Assembly (NCBI GenBank): GCA_965644265.1
Contig: OZ286472.1
Coordinates: forward strand, 56,296,001-56,360,000
Direction of reading: 5' to 3'
DNA length: 64,000 nt
Source: Glycera tridactyla
Taxonomy: Eukaryota
Positions 37,020 to 49,777 of the stretch are shown piece after piece. The position numbers were made by a program, and so were the translations under genes. The stretch's first letter is position 1. Each line of letters opens with the position of its first letter. The notes under the pieces were generated by a model. That model worked only from the letters and a program-made list of their open reading frames with translations, ran no database searches and had not been told where the DNA came from.

Positions 37020-40000
37020 TAAAGTCTATCATACCCAAACGAGATGGGTATATTTCACGTACTTACATCTACCTTTCTTATATGACTCAAGTTTGAATGG
37101 GGCAAATTGTTTGCATGGAACTTCCAGCGAATCTTTGTATGTGAGTCAATAGAGCGGCTGCCACACTTGCTTTGAAAACAGAGTGAAATCAACATATTCG
37201 GCATGCTCAGGTGAAATAAACAAGTAAATAACATGGTGACTATATATATCTCATCGCTGGAGATGTCAATAGAGCCTGTCAGCGAGTTTCATTTCAGTCC
37301 AATGCACATTCCCGATGCTAGGGTGAAGAATGTACCTGTCACATTTCGACTTGACAAGCTTCACCTATGTCTTGGCAAATACCATAGCTGCAGGTCATCT
37401 GCTCCAATCCCAGTATCAGTACAGTGAAACCTGCAAGGACAGACCACCCTGAATGTCGGAAAACAGTGGTCTCTCAAAAGAAGCGGTCTCTCGGAAGTAA
37501 ATATCTGACTATGTCAAAAAGGAAAGCAGTCTCCTTTCGGAGGTGTCTCTTATGGGGTTCTCTCATCCCAGGGTTCACTAGTCTGGAATATTGCAATACC
37601 AATCCAAATGTAAATACAACAGTTATTTTTAATTAATATGAGCATACAACAAGGTCAAATGTAAGTCACATCATAACATAATTCACCAGTCAGCTGGGAT
37701 GGATGGCATTTTATTCCCTGTCTGGCAGGAGATAATCAGATGATTGGTTTGGGCTGTTTTTGTACAATATATTCTACTGCTATCCCTTCCATTAACATGA
37801 TTATTACCAATGTTAGCTCACACCCGACCCATTATATGAATGACTCTTACTGCACTTCTCTGACCTTGAGCACAATGACACAAAATAACCTCTCAGGGTT
37901 CCAGCCCCCTATTACTTCTACCCCCCAATTCATCACAGTAACATTTGCAGATTGGTGGCGTTTGATTAGGCTTGTGGTGAGATGGCTAACTAATCATGAC
38001 CAACATAAATACCCAGCACTTCAGATTGTTGGTGGGCCTAGGTCCTCATTTTTGCCTCTTTGTCCCATTGATATTGCCTATCATGGGTCTACTGGCACAG
38101 CATTTTGCTCATCATTTCAAATTATGACCATGGTATTTCTAATTCATAGACTGTATGCACCCACTAGCCTCTCTGGTTTTTTTANNNNNNNNNNNNNNNN
38201 NNNNNNNNNNNNNNNNNNNNNNNNNNNNNNNNNNNNNNNNNNNNNNNNNNNNNNNNNNNNNNNNNNNNNNNNNNNNNNNNNNNNNNNNNNNNNNNNNNNN
38301 NNNNNNNNNNNNNNNNNNNNNNNNNNNNNNNNNNNNNNNNNNNNNNNNNNNNNNNNNNNNNNNNNNNNNNNNNNNNCCCAAAAACACATGGAATGGTGGA
38401 CAGTGCACACAGATATGTGGCTGTGAACGTATTACTGTACATAGAAGAGGTACAACGTAGCTCAGCTCTGGATATCTACCTTTCCTTAGATAGGTTGTAC
38501 TAACACACTGTACAACCTGGCAAACTTAAAATCCCTTAACAAAAGTTATATACCCGAGCAGAGGACCACCAGGGAGTACTTCTCATCACGGGCACAATCA
38601 TTGCTCACTCAGCCATGTTATATAATACACAGTAGTCTAGTTAGAATTTGCATTCTGTTCTGATTTCCCCACTGACTCAGTATAATTAAAACTGACTGCA
38701 AAGCTGAGGCGCTAAGTCCCAATTTGTCTTGCATAACCCCAAACCTCCTGGGTGTGGAAGGTGGACAATTGAATAATTCCACAATCAAATTATAGTGCCA
38801 AAGCAATTGAAATTAGATAAGTTTGACTCTCAAGAGTGACCAACTGCTTTACTTTGAATGACTTTACTTAGAAATGTGTCAGAGTTTTAAATTCCACACA
38901 ACTATGTGCCCCCCCCCCCCCAAGCATCCCTTATCTGGTCTAATCGAAATAAAAAAAGGAGGGGGCTTTCACATTTTCACCTTCAATACAGACATCACGC
39001 AGGTACCATAAAATACTGACTATGATGGAAAAGTGAACAACCAGAAATGTAAAATATGAAGAATGAATGAAGAATATTTGGGTAAGTTCACTACAGTCCT
39101 CAAAGCAAACACAAATATTCTGGTTCAAGTTATGACAATGAGCCTACCACATTTTTCTCTGAGCAGTAAAAAATAACACTTTCTATTCCTTCAAGTCAAC
39201 AGAGTGGCAACTGGGGACAGAATAAGCAGGTAAATACACAGAAGAAAGCAATTATTTTGATCTCAGCAGTTTTTCCTTTGTGAAGTCATAACATGATGGG
39301 ATTCCTGCTGGGATATTACAGAAACTGTTCTTATCTTGTTTCCTATCATTTATGGCATCTAGGTGGCGGCATTTATTGTTTACTTGAACCCAGAAACATT
39401 GGGGCGGGCCATAAAAAGGAGGGGCAGACAAAAAAGCAGTGCCAATCCACATTGTTTTTCAATATATCTTGTCCTCCATTCCACAAAGGACAGAATGCAG
39501 TACAAACAAAATCAATGTTGTTCTTGCCATGATGACTTCACACCCACGAAGATCCTCCGCCAAAAATATTCACCAAACATTCGAATTAGTCCATCCAATG
39601 GAGCAATCAAAATCTTGACTACTAGTTGAAAACTAGACGAAGGACTTAAAGGGTTGCTATGGTGATCATAAACATCTCTCGACATTCATCAAAGGCACAG
39701 CATCTTCGCTTGTGGTCATATATCCTTATTTGACCCTACTCATCACCACCCTCTTGTAAATCATTATTTTTTTTCCAAAACCGCCAAATCAATTAAGACA
39801 GTGAGCATGACATGGAGACCAGATTGTCAGGACTGTACGACTGTCTACTAAGCCATTTCACTAGAGTACTGGAGGTATAATCTTGAGGCAGTTTCGAAAA
39901 TTATAGCAACGGATAACACGGATCTCGATTTCTGAATTTACCTAGATGTTAGTGAGAGGGTCCCTATGGAAGGGTGAGGGGTAAGACAGGTGGTTGACGG

Positions 40001-41242
40001 TGATGGTTGATGGTGATATAGAGGGGGTAACAGTTTGACATGGTTAAATGGTTGGATAGAAAATGAATTGTGACAGGAACTCTGCTCTGAAGAAATCAAA
40101 CCCTCACTCTGAGTGTGTGTGTGGGGGGGGGGGGTTGCATGTGCGTGTATGTGTGTGTATATATGTGTGTATGTGTGCGTGTGTGCGTGGATTGTGGAGT
40201 TGTATGGCATGTGTGCGTGCAGTCTATGATAACAGACAACAATTTCCATGCAATGGGAGATGGTTACAGTTACAACAATGAAACTATGTTTCACAATACA
40301 CCATTGGAATGTACAGATTCCAATTTCTTGGGAGTCTGGATCCCCAGCAAGGCACCAACCACCTAGGATGGGAAGAGATGTATGTGAAGCATAGTTTTAT
40401 CCTAGCAATGTTCCTGATGCAAAAACATGAATATTTTGAATGATGAAAATCTCATCGATTCAATCACAGGTGAAGAATCAGTGATTCTAATACTTCAGAA
40501 AAGTTCATGTCTGTATGACAACGTTCAGATATATTTTCTGAATAAATGTTTCATTGAACAGAAATTCTATTCTGCAATTTCCAGAAAAACTTGCATCACT
40601 GAAATATCAAAATCAACTTCAGACAGAGATCCAGTGAATAAGTCCCTCTCAAAACTGATCCAAATCAAAACTGATCCAAAAACAAACTTTCAACTTTGAC
40701 CATATACCAGCTAAAATGACATTCTTGACAAAATATAGTAGGACGCCACATGTCCAGTCCATCTGTGAGCTGGTGAGAGCTGCGTATAATTTATTACAAC
40801 ATGTGCACATGCCCAGATAGATGGCCCCAGCACAGAGCACACAGTAACTGGCCCTTGTGAATTCCAGAGATAGTTTATGTAGAGCATGAAATCTCGAGAC
40901 ACAGAAGTGAGTAACTCGATACATTTATGGGCATGTTTGCAGAGGCCAGCAGCTGTCATATGTTTCGAATTATGCTCACTCAACAGAGATCTCATTCTTC
41001 GATGGAATTTGATGGAGTTAGGGACCATCTTTATGTGACAGCTCTAATGACAAGATCTTCGCTTTTTTCAGGCGTGCATTTGGACAGTCAAATCATTTCC
41101 AAATGCCATCTCTTTACAAAGGCTATTTTTTCAGAAAATTGAAGCACCTCTAATGCAGTCAATGGTGGCCTCAGTTGACAGTTTTGATTGAAGAAAATTT
41201 GATACAGTGAAACTTGCAATTGGTAACCACCTCAAAACGCAT

Positions 41243-41475
41243 GAAAATATATCTATCGTGGTCAAACCCATCAACAAAAACCACCCTCGATCATGTGAAA
41301 AAGTGGTCTAAACAGTGAAATGCTGTTGAATTTTCTGAATATACCCATTCACATACTTCATTGAAAATATATCTATTATGGTCAAACCTTTCAATAAAGA
41401 CCACCCTTGGCCATGTGAAAAAGTGTCCTATATAAAAAGTGGAAAGTGAAATGCTGATGAATTTTCAAACATACA
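41243..41475. repeat. ~120-bp diverged tandem dimer
   Basis: GAAAATATATCTAT..TGGTCAAACC at 41243 and 41363. Confidence 0.75.
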
Positions 41476-43098
41476 CAATTTGAGGCTTTCTGTTTGATTC
41501 TAGAAGCTTCTGGATTTGAACTTCAACAACAGATTGGCAAAATTAAGAAAAATTCCCTCTCAAATAGAATCTGAGATATTCCAACAAGTGTCAAGCAATC
41601 TTTTTCAATTGGTATCCAGAATTCAACCTTGACAGGTCGAGAAAAAACAGTGCTGGTTTATGAATATGGCTTGTTTATAGTCCACTATTTTGCCAACTAT
41701 CTAACTTCGTGTTAACCTAAATAGATTTCTTCAAGTCCTAATTGATTGAATTATCTTCTTCCCTAAACCAAAATATATAATAAAAGTGGGGCTAAAAAGA
41801 GGTAGTAGGAACTTGTTAAGAGTCATAAGTCTAGGTTCTATTACAAACACACATGATAGCAGTTAGAGCTGGCAGCCAAACACATACAAAAACCCTGCAT
41901 CCTCTGCGCCTCTGCCATGAGATCACGTTGCCTGTCACCCCGACACCCTGTTTGGCACATTAGGTGCTGGATACTGAAATTGCTGTAGACAAATTCAGGG
42001 CGCTCAGCTCATGTTTTTGACAATATATCAACCTGACCAGACACCCAGAGATCTCGGAGCCTGGCAGCATCCCACTAGACAGCGTCTATGACTACCTGTA
42101 TTAAAGACTATTATGAGCCATCTTACATGTAAAAACTACAACTAGCAGCTCTAACGGGAATTTCAAATGTACTGATATATGGTCGAGTTAACCCTTTTCC
42201 TGTGAACCATGATATTAACATCTGTTGACCCGGAGCTACTCCACATCTGACAGGTGGATGGCACACTGCAAGAGTTGCAATTTTTTTTTTTTAGAAGCCT
42301 TCCTGCATTTCAACCTCTGTAACCACACCCCTGGGACCCCAACTTGACACAATACATAACCAGAGTGGGGTGAGGAAAATGTATAGAAACTTGTTCAATA
42401 ACTCCGATTCTATTACAAATATACATGTTGGAGCTGGCAGTAGGATGGGGTGGATAGGGTGGAAGAGGGTGGGGGGGGGGGGGTAGTTTCACTTCCTATG
42501 TTCACAATCTGGGCTATACTGAGACGCCCATGCAAAGGTCATGGGAGGGATCAATCAAAGACTCCTCCTCCTGGGTCCAAAACTCAAGGTGAAAATATAC
42601 TTACATTCACCGACCTTTTGAATGGGGAGGAGGGAAGGTAATGAGATTGATCCTGGCAAAGACCAAATCAAGAACTATTTGTTGGGTCCCAAAGTTTCTA
42701 TAAGCTGAGATTTGGGAGATAGGACCAGTACAGTTGTCCCCGCCTGTCACGGAATCAGGGCATTCTCCTGACCTTATTCTATTTGTCAGCAATTATACCA
42801 TCGTTAGCGACATACTTGACTACACCCACTCCCACTGATACAGAGACTAGAACAACAGTACGGTGTTGTATATTGTACATGTACATGTATCCAGTGATGC
42901 TAAATTTTCGAACCTTATACAACCCCCACACTCTCTCAAAAGTATCTTTTCTCAAATCTCTGGTCAGATTTCCCCCAATCTATGAATTTCAAATTCTATC
43001 CAATTTTGGGAATCTTTTCTATCTGAACCCAAACCCTCATCATCTGCAAATCCCATTGAGAAAAAACCCTCTCCATCTATCACATATATTACCAGTTA

Positions 43099-43275
43099 CA
43101 GTCGAACCTGTCTATAAAGACCGCCTTTGGTCGCATCAAAAAACGGTCTTTATGGGCAGGTGGTCTTTATAGAAAGGTCATTTACTGTTGAAAATAAGAC
43201 CACGGTCGCAGCTCAGGTGGTCTTTATAGATAGGTGGTCTTTATAGATAGGTGGTCCTTAGAGCAGGTTCGACTG
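43099..43275. mobile_element. MITE subfamily C (GGTCTTTATAG motif), 177 bp
   Basis: CAGTCGAACCTG...CAGGTTCGACTG, TA flanks. Confidence 0.9.
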
Positions 43276-43525
43276 TAGTTAGCAATCAGTGATGGAATCA
43301 AACTTAAATGTTGATAAAGGAATTAGAATGAATACTTACAATGTGATTAAATTTAAAGAGCTTTCAGAAACCATTCCATTTCCTTCTTCAGCTCATTATC
43401 ATGAAGAATAACATGATGAGTAATGCCAGATATACTCAGAAGGATGTGGTGGCCCTAGTCCCTATTCAAGGTTCCCAATATTCAGTTGGTTTATGGTGCA
43501 TTGACCATCATGGTTTTTATATATA

Positions 43526-43685
43526 TAGTAGAACCTCTCTATAAAGACCACCTTTGCTTGCATCAAAAAGTGACCTTTATAGGGAGGTGGTCTTTATAGA
43601 GAGGTCATTTACTACCATGGTCGCAGCTCAGGGTGGTCTTTATAGGGAGGCTATAGAGAGGTGGTCTTTAGAGGATGTTTGACTG
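43526..43685. mobile_element. MITE subfamily C, diverged
   Basis: TAGTAGAACCTCTCTATAAAGACC...GATGTTTGACTG TA; similar to 43099-43275. Confidence 0.78.
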
Positions 43686-43721
43686 TATAGCAAGACATCA
43701 TGGGGTGTTGTCCTGACAAGT

Positions 43722-43892
43722 TATACACCACGAGGTGTGTATTGTCAGTATAATTCACGAGGCCGAAGGCCGAGTGGATTATACTGACAATACACTCCGA
43801 GTGAAATTTTGATTCACAGTGAAATTTTGGATTCACAGCAGGGCTACCACTTAACAGAGAGTAGTAGGAAGCTGATGAGAGATCATCAGCTT
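43722..43892. repeat. Palindrome and hairpin cluster
   Basis: 22-bp arms 43737-43758 / 43774-43795 (21/22) around GAGGCCGAAGGCCGA; 10-bp stem with GAGA loop 43869-43892. Confidence 0.9.
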
Positions 43893-45321
43893 CGGGCAAA
43901 TGCTTTTTAGAGTGGCCCCTCTCCTACATAACATATTCAGAGATACCTTCTATGAGAATCTACCAATTTTCACAGACCATTTTCTCATTCCATGAAAGCT
44001 GTCTCTCATTGATGATTTCACTGTAGATTTCTTGAATGTTTTATAGTATTTCCAATTGCAAACATCCCATCACTTCCTGATTCCAATATTGCAATCTTGA
44101 ATTTTGAAATCACAAATTGAATTCTTTTTCATGAAGTGGTCATGTTGGAGGAAATGAATAGTGTGATCCAGCCCAGGCCAGGGCCCAAAGTGATTTATCG
44201 CAATGCATGTCCAGGAGGGTCACCCGAACCCAAAATAAAATACCTCCGGCACATCAGAATCTCCTACCTTTCCCCTTGATGAGTTAGTACAAGCATGGTA
44301 CAAGCGCCCCTCCACACACCACTCGTACCTCTCGGACCCGCCAACCTACCGTGTTCCTCGCACTCCACTGATGATAGAATGCATGTTTTTCTAACCACAA
44401 CATCCACTTTAGCTTGTCCACGCCCTCGGCAGTACAAGCAAATCATTTTAGCAGCTATGGACTCCACCAAATATTTTCCAGTTGGCAAGCCAACTAACAT
44501 GAGATACAGTGAAATTTGGCTATTACTTCAAAAAAATGTACATAAACATGTTACTCACACCCTCTTATGACTGATGTGCCTCATTTTACGATGGCAGAAT
44601 CTTTCCTCAAAGAAGTAATGTGTCTCGTTTTCTCCCTCCACCCCTGACCAGAATAGCAAGAATAACTTACCGAAGGAATGGAACGAGTTATCTTTGACAA
44701 TACACGGGAGAAATCAGATCTGGATTGTAGACGAGCTGTCACGAACCATTATCATGTATACAGGACATAAACACATCGGGATGTACCTGTACTTCTGAGT
44801 AGTAGATTTGTAATCCGCGAAACTGCTCAGAATTTAATCTAATTTGCAAATCCACTTTTACCATTCATCATCATTTTCTACTAAGCAGGTCAACCAACAA
44901 GATCTACCAGCTGTTGGGTGCCTATCTTTCCATGCCATTGTAAGCAGTGTGCTTTCTAATGCCGCCATAAAGACAGGAGGCCTCTAGGAGAGTTTGGCTC
45001 CCATAGCTATGAAGCTATGAAATTAAATATAGGACTTAGTCAAAACAATTACATGTTGTGTGTCACAAGACATTGAGATTTTGGTAAGGGGCATGGGTAA
45101 AGCAAAATGGTTAATCTACTGGAACTGCGATCACTCAGGTAAACACAGCCCAGATCTGCAAAATGTTGGACAACAGTCATCTCACTTCAATCTTCAAACT
45201 TCAACATCAGGCTTCTTTAGTTCCTTAACAACATCGCAATTTCAATAAAGTGTACGGTCATACTTATCCACTCAGTCCACCCACTGTCATATGGTCATTG
45301 TGCGAATGTGGCCTCTGTCGA

Positions 45322-45565
45322 GAGGTAATTATTATCAGGAAATACCAATTCAGTTTATCTTTTGGAAATGGCCTTTTCAGGCTTGATTCACAGAGGTGCC
45401 ACCAAAAACTGGCCGGACTGTGAATGCAACGTTCAGTGAATACGGAGGTAATTATTATCAGGAAATGCCTATTCAGTTTATCTTTTGAAAATGGCCTTTT
45501 CAGGCTTGATTCGCAGAGGTGCCACCAAAAACTGGCTGGACTGTGAATGCAACGTTCAGTGAATA
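45322..45565. repeat. 123-bp tandem duplication (2 copies)
   Basis: GAGGTAATTATTATCAGG at 45322 and 45445. Confidence 0.93.
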
Positions 45566-46200
45566 GGGTGCATGCAAATGGAGTATAAAATTCAAAATTT
45601 TGCGCATCTCCAATTACCAATTTTTACCGGCAAAATCGACCAGAAACTATGATGAGCTGATAGAGTGCAAAACTACAAGATTTCTTCGGTGATAAATGGG
45701 TTAATGCGGAAGGGGGAGAAGGCTTGTATTGCAAGATGGCTGCACATAGAGTGCGAGATCAAAGGAGATCCTATTAAATTTCTATAATGAATATGGCCAT
45801 TACCTTGTTAACATCAAAGCACTAATGGTATTCATTATCCAGCCNNNNNNNNNNNNNNNNNNNNNNNNNNNNNNNNNNNNNNNNNNNNNNNNNNNNNNNN
45901 NNNNNNNNNNNNNNNNNNNNNNNNNNNNNNNNNNNNNNNNNNNNNNNNNNNNNNNNNNNNNNNNNNNNNNNNNNNNNNNNNNNNNNNNNNNNNNNNNNNN
46001 NNNNNNNNNNNNNNNNNNNNNNNNNNNNNNNNNNNNNNNNNNNNNNNNNNNNNNNNNNNNNNNNNNNNNNNNNNNNNNNAAGTGTGATGCACATTTGTAC
46101 TACATGCCACATAAGAAATTCAAAAATCCAGCTTCAGTATTTTGTACACATTTCATGAACCTGTTACCCTTGTGTTGTGTTACTGTCATGAATTGGACAA

Positions 46201-46242
<42 letters not shown>

Positions 46243-46477
46243 CCCCAAAAAAAAATTTGGGCATTTGGAACACATTTCATGGACCTGTTGCCAGTACAAT
46301 CTGGAAATATGTCTCTGACATGATTTCTATCACTAAAAAAATGTGTGTGTGTGTGTGCAAGTGCATGCATGTGTATGTGTGCATGCACATCTGTGTGTGC
46401 ATGTGTGTGTATGTGTGTGTAGTGTTCACTAAATGTGTGCTACATGTCCATGTGTGTGTGTGCAAATGAATGCTGCG

Positions 46478-46530
46478 TGAGTGAGTGAGTGAGTGAGTGA
46501 GTGAGTGAGTGAGTGAGTGAGTGAGTGAGT
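46478..46530. repeat. (GTGA)n microsatellite
   Basis: Seen directly. Confidence 0.95.
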
Positions 46531-46600
46531 GGCGAGGGTGCCAAACTGGAAGGTTGATGGTTCAAATCCCATTCAAGCCAAACAAGAAATTTCTTCAAAA
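46525..46600 (+). mobile_element. tRNA-derived SINE head fragment after a (GTGA)n tract
   Basis: B-box GGTTCAAATCCC 46559-46570, preceded by an A-box-like GAGTGGCGAG. No cloverleaf. Confidence 0.4.
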
Positions 46601-46710
46601 AGAAGAATGGTCGTCGATTTACAGTGGAGAAGTGGTAATTTAAAGGGAAAAATGAATGAAGTGGAGAGACAGAAAGAGAGAGAGCCTGTGTTTGTGTTCT
46701 CCAAAGAACA

Positions 46711-47237
46711 AATAGACTGGTTATCACCTCTCAAACTGCGTATATAACGAAAGAAAATATCGAAATCTTGCCCCACGTGAACTAGCTCGAAGTGATTCCT
46801 CCTCATTTCGCCATAGAAAGTATTTTTCGACTTGTAAAGCAGCATGAAGAAACTCGCGATCGCCATCTTGGTATTTCTACAACCGAATCATGTGAAGACG
46901 GAATTCGCCTCCAACAAGGAAATAGACTGGTTATCACCTCTCAAACTGCGTATATAACGAAAGAAAACATCGAAATCTTGCCCCACGTGAGCTAGCTCGA
47001 AGTGATTCCTCCTCATTTCGCCATAAAACGTATTTTTCGACTTGTAAAGCAGCATGAAGAAACTCACGATCGCCATCTTGGTATTTCTACAACCGAATCA
47101 TATGAAGACGGAATTCGCCTCCAACAAGGAAATAGACTGGTTATCACCTCTCAAACTGCGTATATAACGAAAGAAAACATCGAAATCTTGCCCCACGTGA
47201 ACTAGCTCGAAGTGATTCCTCCTCATTTCGCCATAAA
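46711..47237. repeat. 210-bp tandem repeat, 2.5 copies (~97% identical)
   Basis: AATAGACTGGTTATCACC at 46711, 46921 and 47131. Confidence 0.95.
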
Positions 47238-48090
47238 CGTATTACAACATGAAGAAACATCGGCCGGCTTTGTTGACAGCTTGTCAAACACGTGGGTTCC
47301 GCGAATTCTCACATCGCCTTTCAAGGCTAAAATACCAAAGAAATATTGAACTCACGGTGAAGACGATTACACGATTAAATCACGGATATCCGATTGTATA
47401 TACTCCCATGTATAAATTCCGAGAATCCGTCGAATATTCGCCAGAAACAGTGGAGATGTCAAGCGGGCCATTTTAGGTATGGCCTTCTTGTTTCATTCGT
47501 GAGATCGGCTTCCTCGTGGTTCCGAAACCTGCGCAGACGCAATGAAATCGTTTTCTGCGCACATTGTTGACATCTCGCGACGAGAGCGCTATGAAAGCAG
47601 GTCGCTGATTGGTCGATTTCGCCGCGATTCCGGCAATTTGGCCAATCAGTGAACGCGACAGATATGAATTATTTCGAAACTATTATGGGATGGATCGCCG
47701 CCTCATTTGCATATCGATATAATGACGTCACCGGAAAGGCTTCCCCGAGAAATTCCGCGCTCTCTATCCGTGAGTGTCGCTTTCTCCGTCATATTTTTCG
47801 TTTCAAACGTTCTCACGCAGTCATTTATCGATATTGTCAAGATTTCTTTGTATTTCACGTAATAAGTAAACTTTCTCACACAAATCGCATATTTTTCAGG
47901 CAAGGCCGGTCAAATTCTGATGATTCCAAAAGCATCTTTTACAAAGGGTCGTACTCGGACTGTGTCGACTATTAATGTCTACTTTCGCCGACTTTCTCCC
48001 GTTTCTCTACGGAGTCTTCCACAAACCTCGGCGATTTTATCGTCTAGATTGAGAGGGAATCCCAGAGTGAAAACAGTACCGTCTCCGACG
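47238..48090. other. CpG-rich probable transposon-derived segment sharing a ~160-bp core with MITE 49198-49777
   Basis: 47505-47664 aligns with 49381-49539 (by eye ~85-90%). No clear termini. Confidence 0.6.
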
Positions 48091-48551
48091 GAAAAATAAT
48101 TTGGGCGTTTGGAACACATTTCATGGACCTGTTGCCAGTACAATCTGGAAATNNNNNNNNNNNNNNNNNNNNNNNNNNNNNNNNNNNNNNNNNNNNNNNN
48201 NNNNNNNNNNNNNNNNNNNNNNNNNNNNNNNNNNNNNNNNNNNNNNNNNNNNNNNNNNNNNNNNNNNNNNNNNNNNNNNNNNNNNNNNNNNNNNNNNNNN
48301 NNNNNNNNNNNNNNNNNNNNNNNNNNNNNNNNNNNNNNNNNNNNNNNNNNNNTGGTAGCAGGCCGTGTTTCGGCCCTTCATAAGTCTCCAATGGCCCCAT
48401 CAGGTGTGTCAGCCGCACATTCACATGAAAGACTGCCATAAGCTGCTATAGCACAGCTGTCCCCCTCCTATACAGGTGTGTGAGAAAAGTACGCTCTTGT
48501 CAAAAGCAGCGACAGATCATCTTGTGGCACTCTCATATAACGAGCCAATGT

Positions 48552-48637
48552 CTCCTTCTTCTTCTCCTCCTCCTTCTCCTTCTCCTCCTCCTCCTTCTTC
48601 TTCTTCTTCTTCTTCTTCTTCTTCTTCTTCTTCTTCA
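48552..48637. repeat. (CTT)n/(CTC)n tract
   Basis: Seen directly. Confidence 0.95.
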
Positions 48638-49197
48638 CAATATAAGTAAAAAATGTCACCTGGATTCTTCAAAAACAACAAGGTCGGAAATGTCGGTAGA
48701 TACATGCCACCAAAAATATAGTGCACAAAGGAAAACTATCAAGGCAATCAACCTTCCTGCATGTGCAATTGGATCCAAAATTGATGTAATCTTTTTTCAC
48801 CCAATTTGTTTCTACACCTTGCCACTTGCCAGTCCACATATTTTTCAACTGGTGAGTGTGCCCATGTATTGGCAGTATATGGTACATGACAATGAGTCAT
48901 TTCAAATATCTTCATGGTCAATAGGGAAGAAAATTCTGGAAATATTGCCGTGCTGCAGTGGCAGAAAATGGGAGCCAAGGTCCCAGCCCACCATTAATCT
49001 GAAGGTTTGGGATCCATATTCCACATCACGAAGACAAGTTTTGAATTCTCATCCATCAAATGCTCTGACAAGGTGGGAAATGGATGAAAGAAGCATGAAC
49101 GATGTACCCATCAGATTTTTTGATTGATTCAGAGATCACACCTGTTGTGAAACTCCACACATACAACCATAGAAACAGCTACATCATGCAGTCACAT

Positions 49198-49777
49198 CAG
49201 GGCGCGAAGACATCGAAAAAAACCACCCGCCCAACGGGCGGGTGAAATTCGAAATCACCCGCCCCCGTCGAAAAACAACCCGTCCGTATACAAATGTCAT
49301 CGGAATTGTGGAAACACTCGTATATATACGTCGAATCGCCTTGAAAAACACGTCAAACGTGATAAGATTCATTGTTTAGCTCGGCTTCCTCGTGGTTCCG
49401 AAACCTGCGCAGATGGTCGGAAATCGTCTTCTGCGCACATTGTTGACATCTCGCGACGAGAGCCCCATGAAAGCAGGTCGCTGATTGGTGGATTTCACCG
49501 CGATTCCGGCAATTTGGCCAATCAGGGATCGCGAGAGATATCTGTGTCGGTTCTTTATCACCTCCAGCGTTAAAGATGGCGCTGGGTCTTCCGAAACTGA
49601 CGAAACTCGCCAGCGAATTTGACAAATAAACTTCGTTTTCGCGACTTTTAGATGCGATCTAACAGAAATATGGCAAAGAGAAACCGCCCGAAAAAGCCGT
49701 GTTACTTTGAGATGTACCCGCCCGACCGCGATTCTGACACGCCCGGGACGTTCGGGAGGCGATCTCTTCGCGCCCTG
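49198..49777. mobile_element. 580-bp hAT-like MITE (CAGGG termini) with 5-bp TSD CACAT
   Basis: TIR CAGGGCGCGAAGACATCG vs CGATCTCTTCGCGCCCTG (17/18). CACAT at 49193-49197 and 49778-49782. Confidence 0.85.

Noticed and set aside
43872-43900. Hammerhead ribozyme (CTGATGA core)
   Set aside because: The core is locked in its own hairpin and there is no GAAA / stem II-III arrangement. Other CTGATGA hits also lack it.
44671-44786. Minus-strand exon bounded by CAG and GTAAGT
   Set aside because: All three frames contain stops and the polypyrimidine tract is poor.
46525-46585. tRNA gene
   Set aside because: A B-box is present but no cloverleaf or acceptor stem; treated as a SINE head instead.
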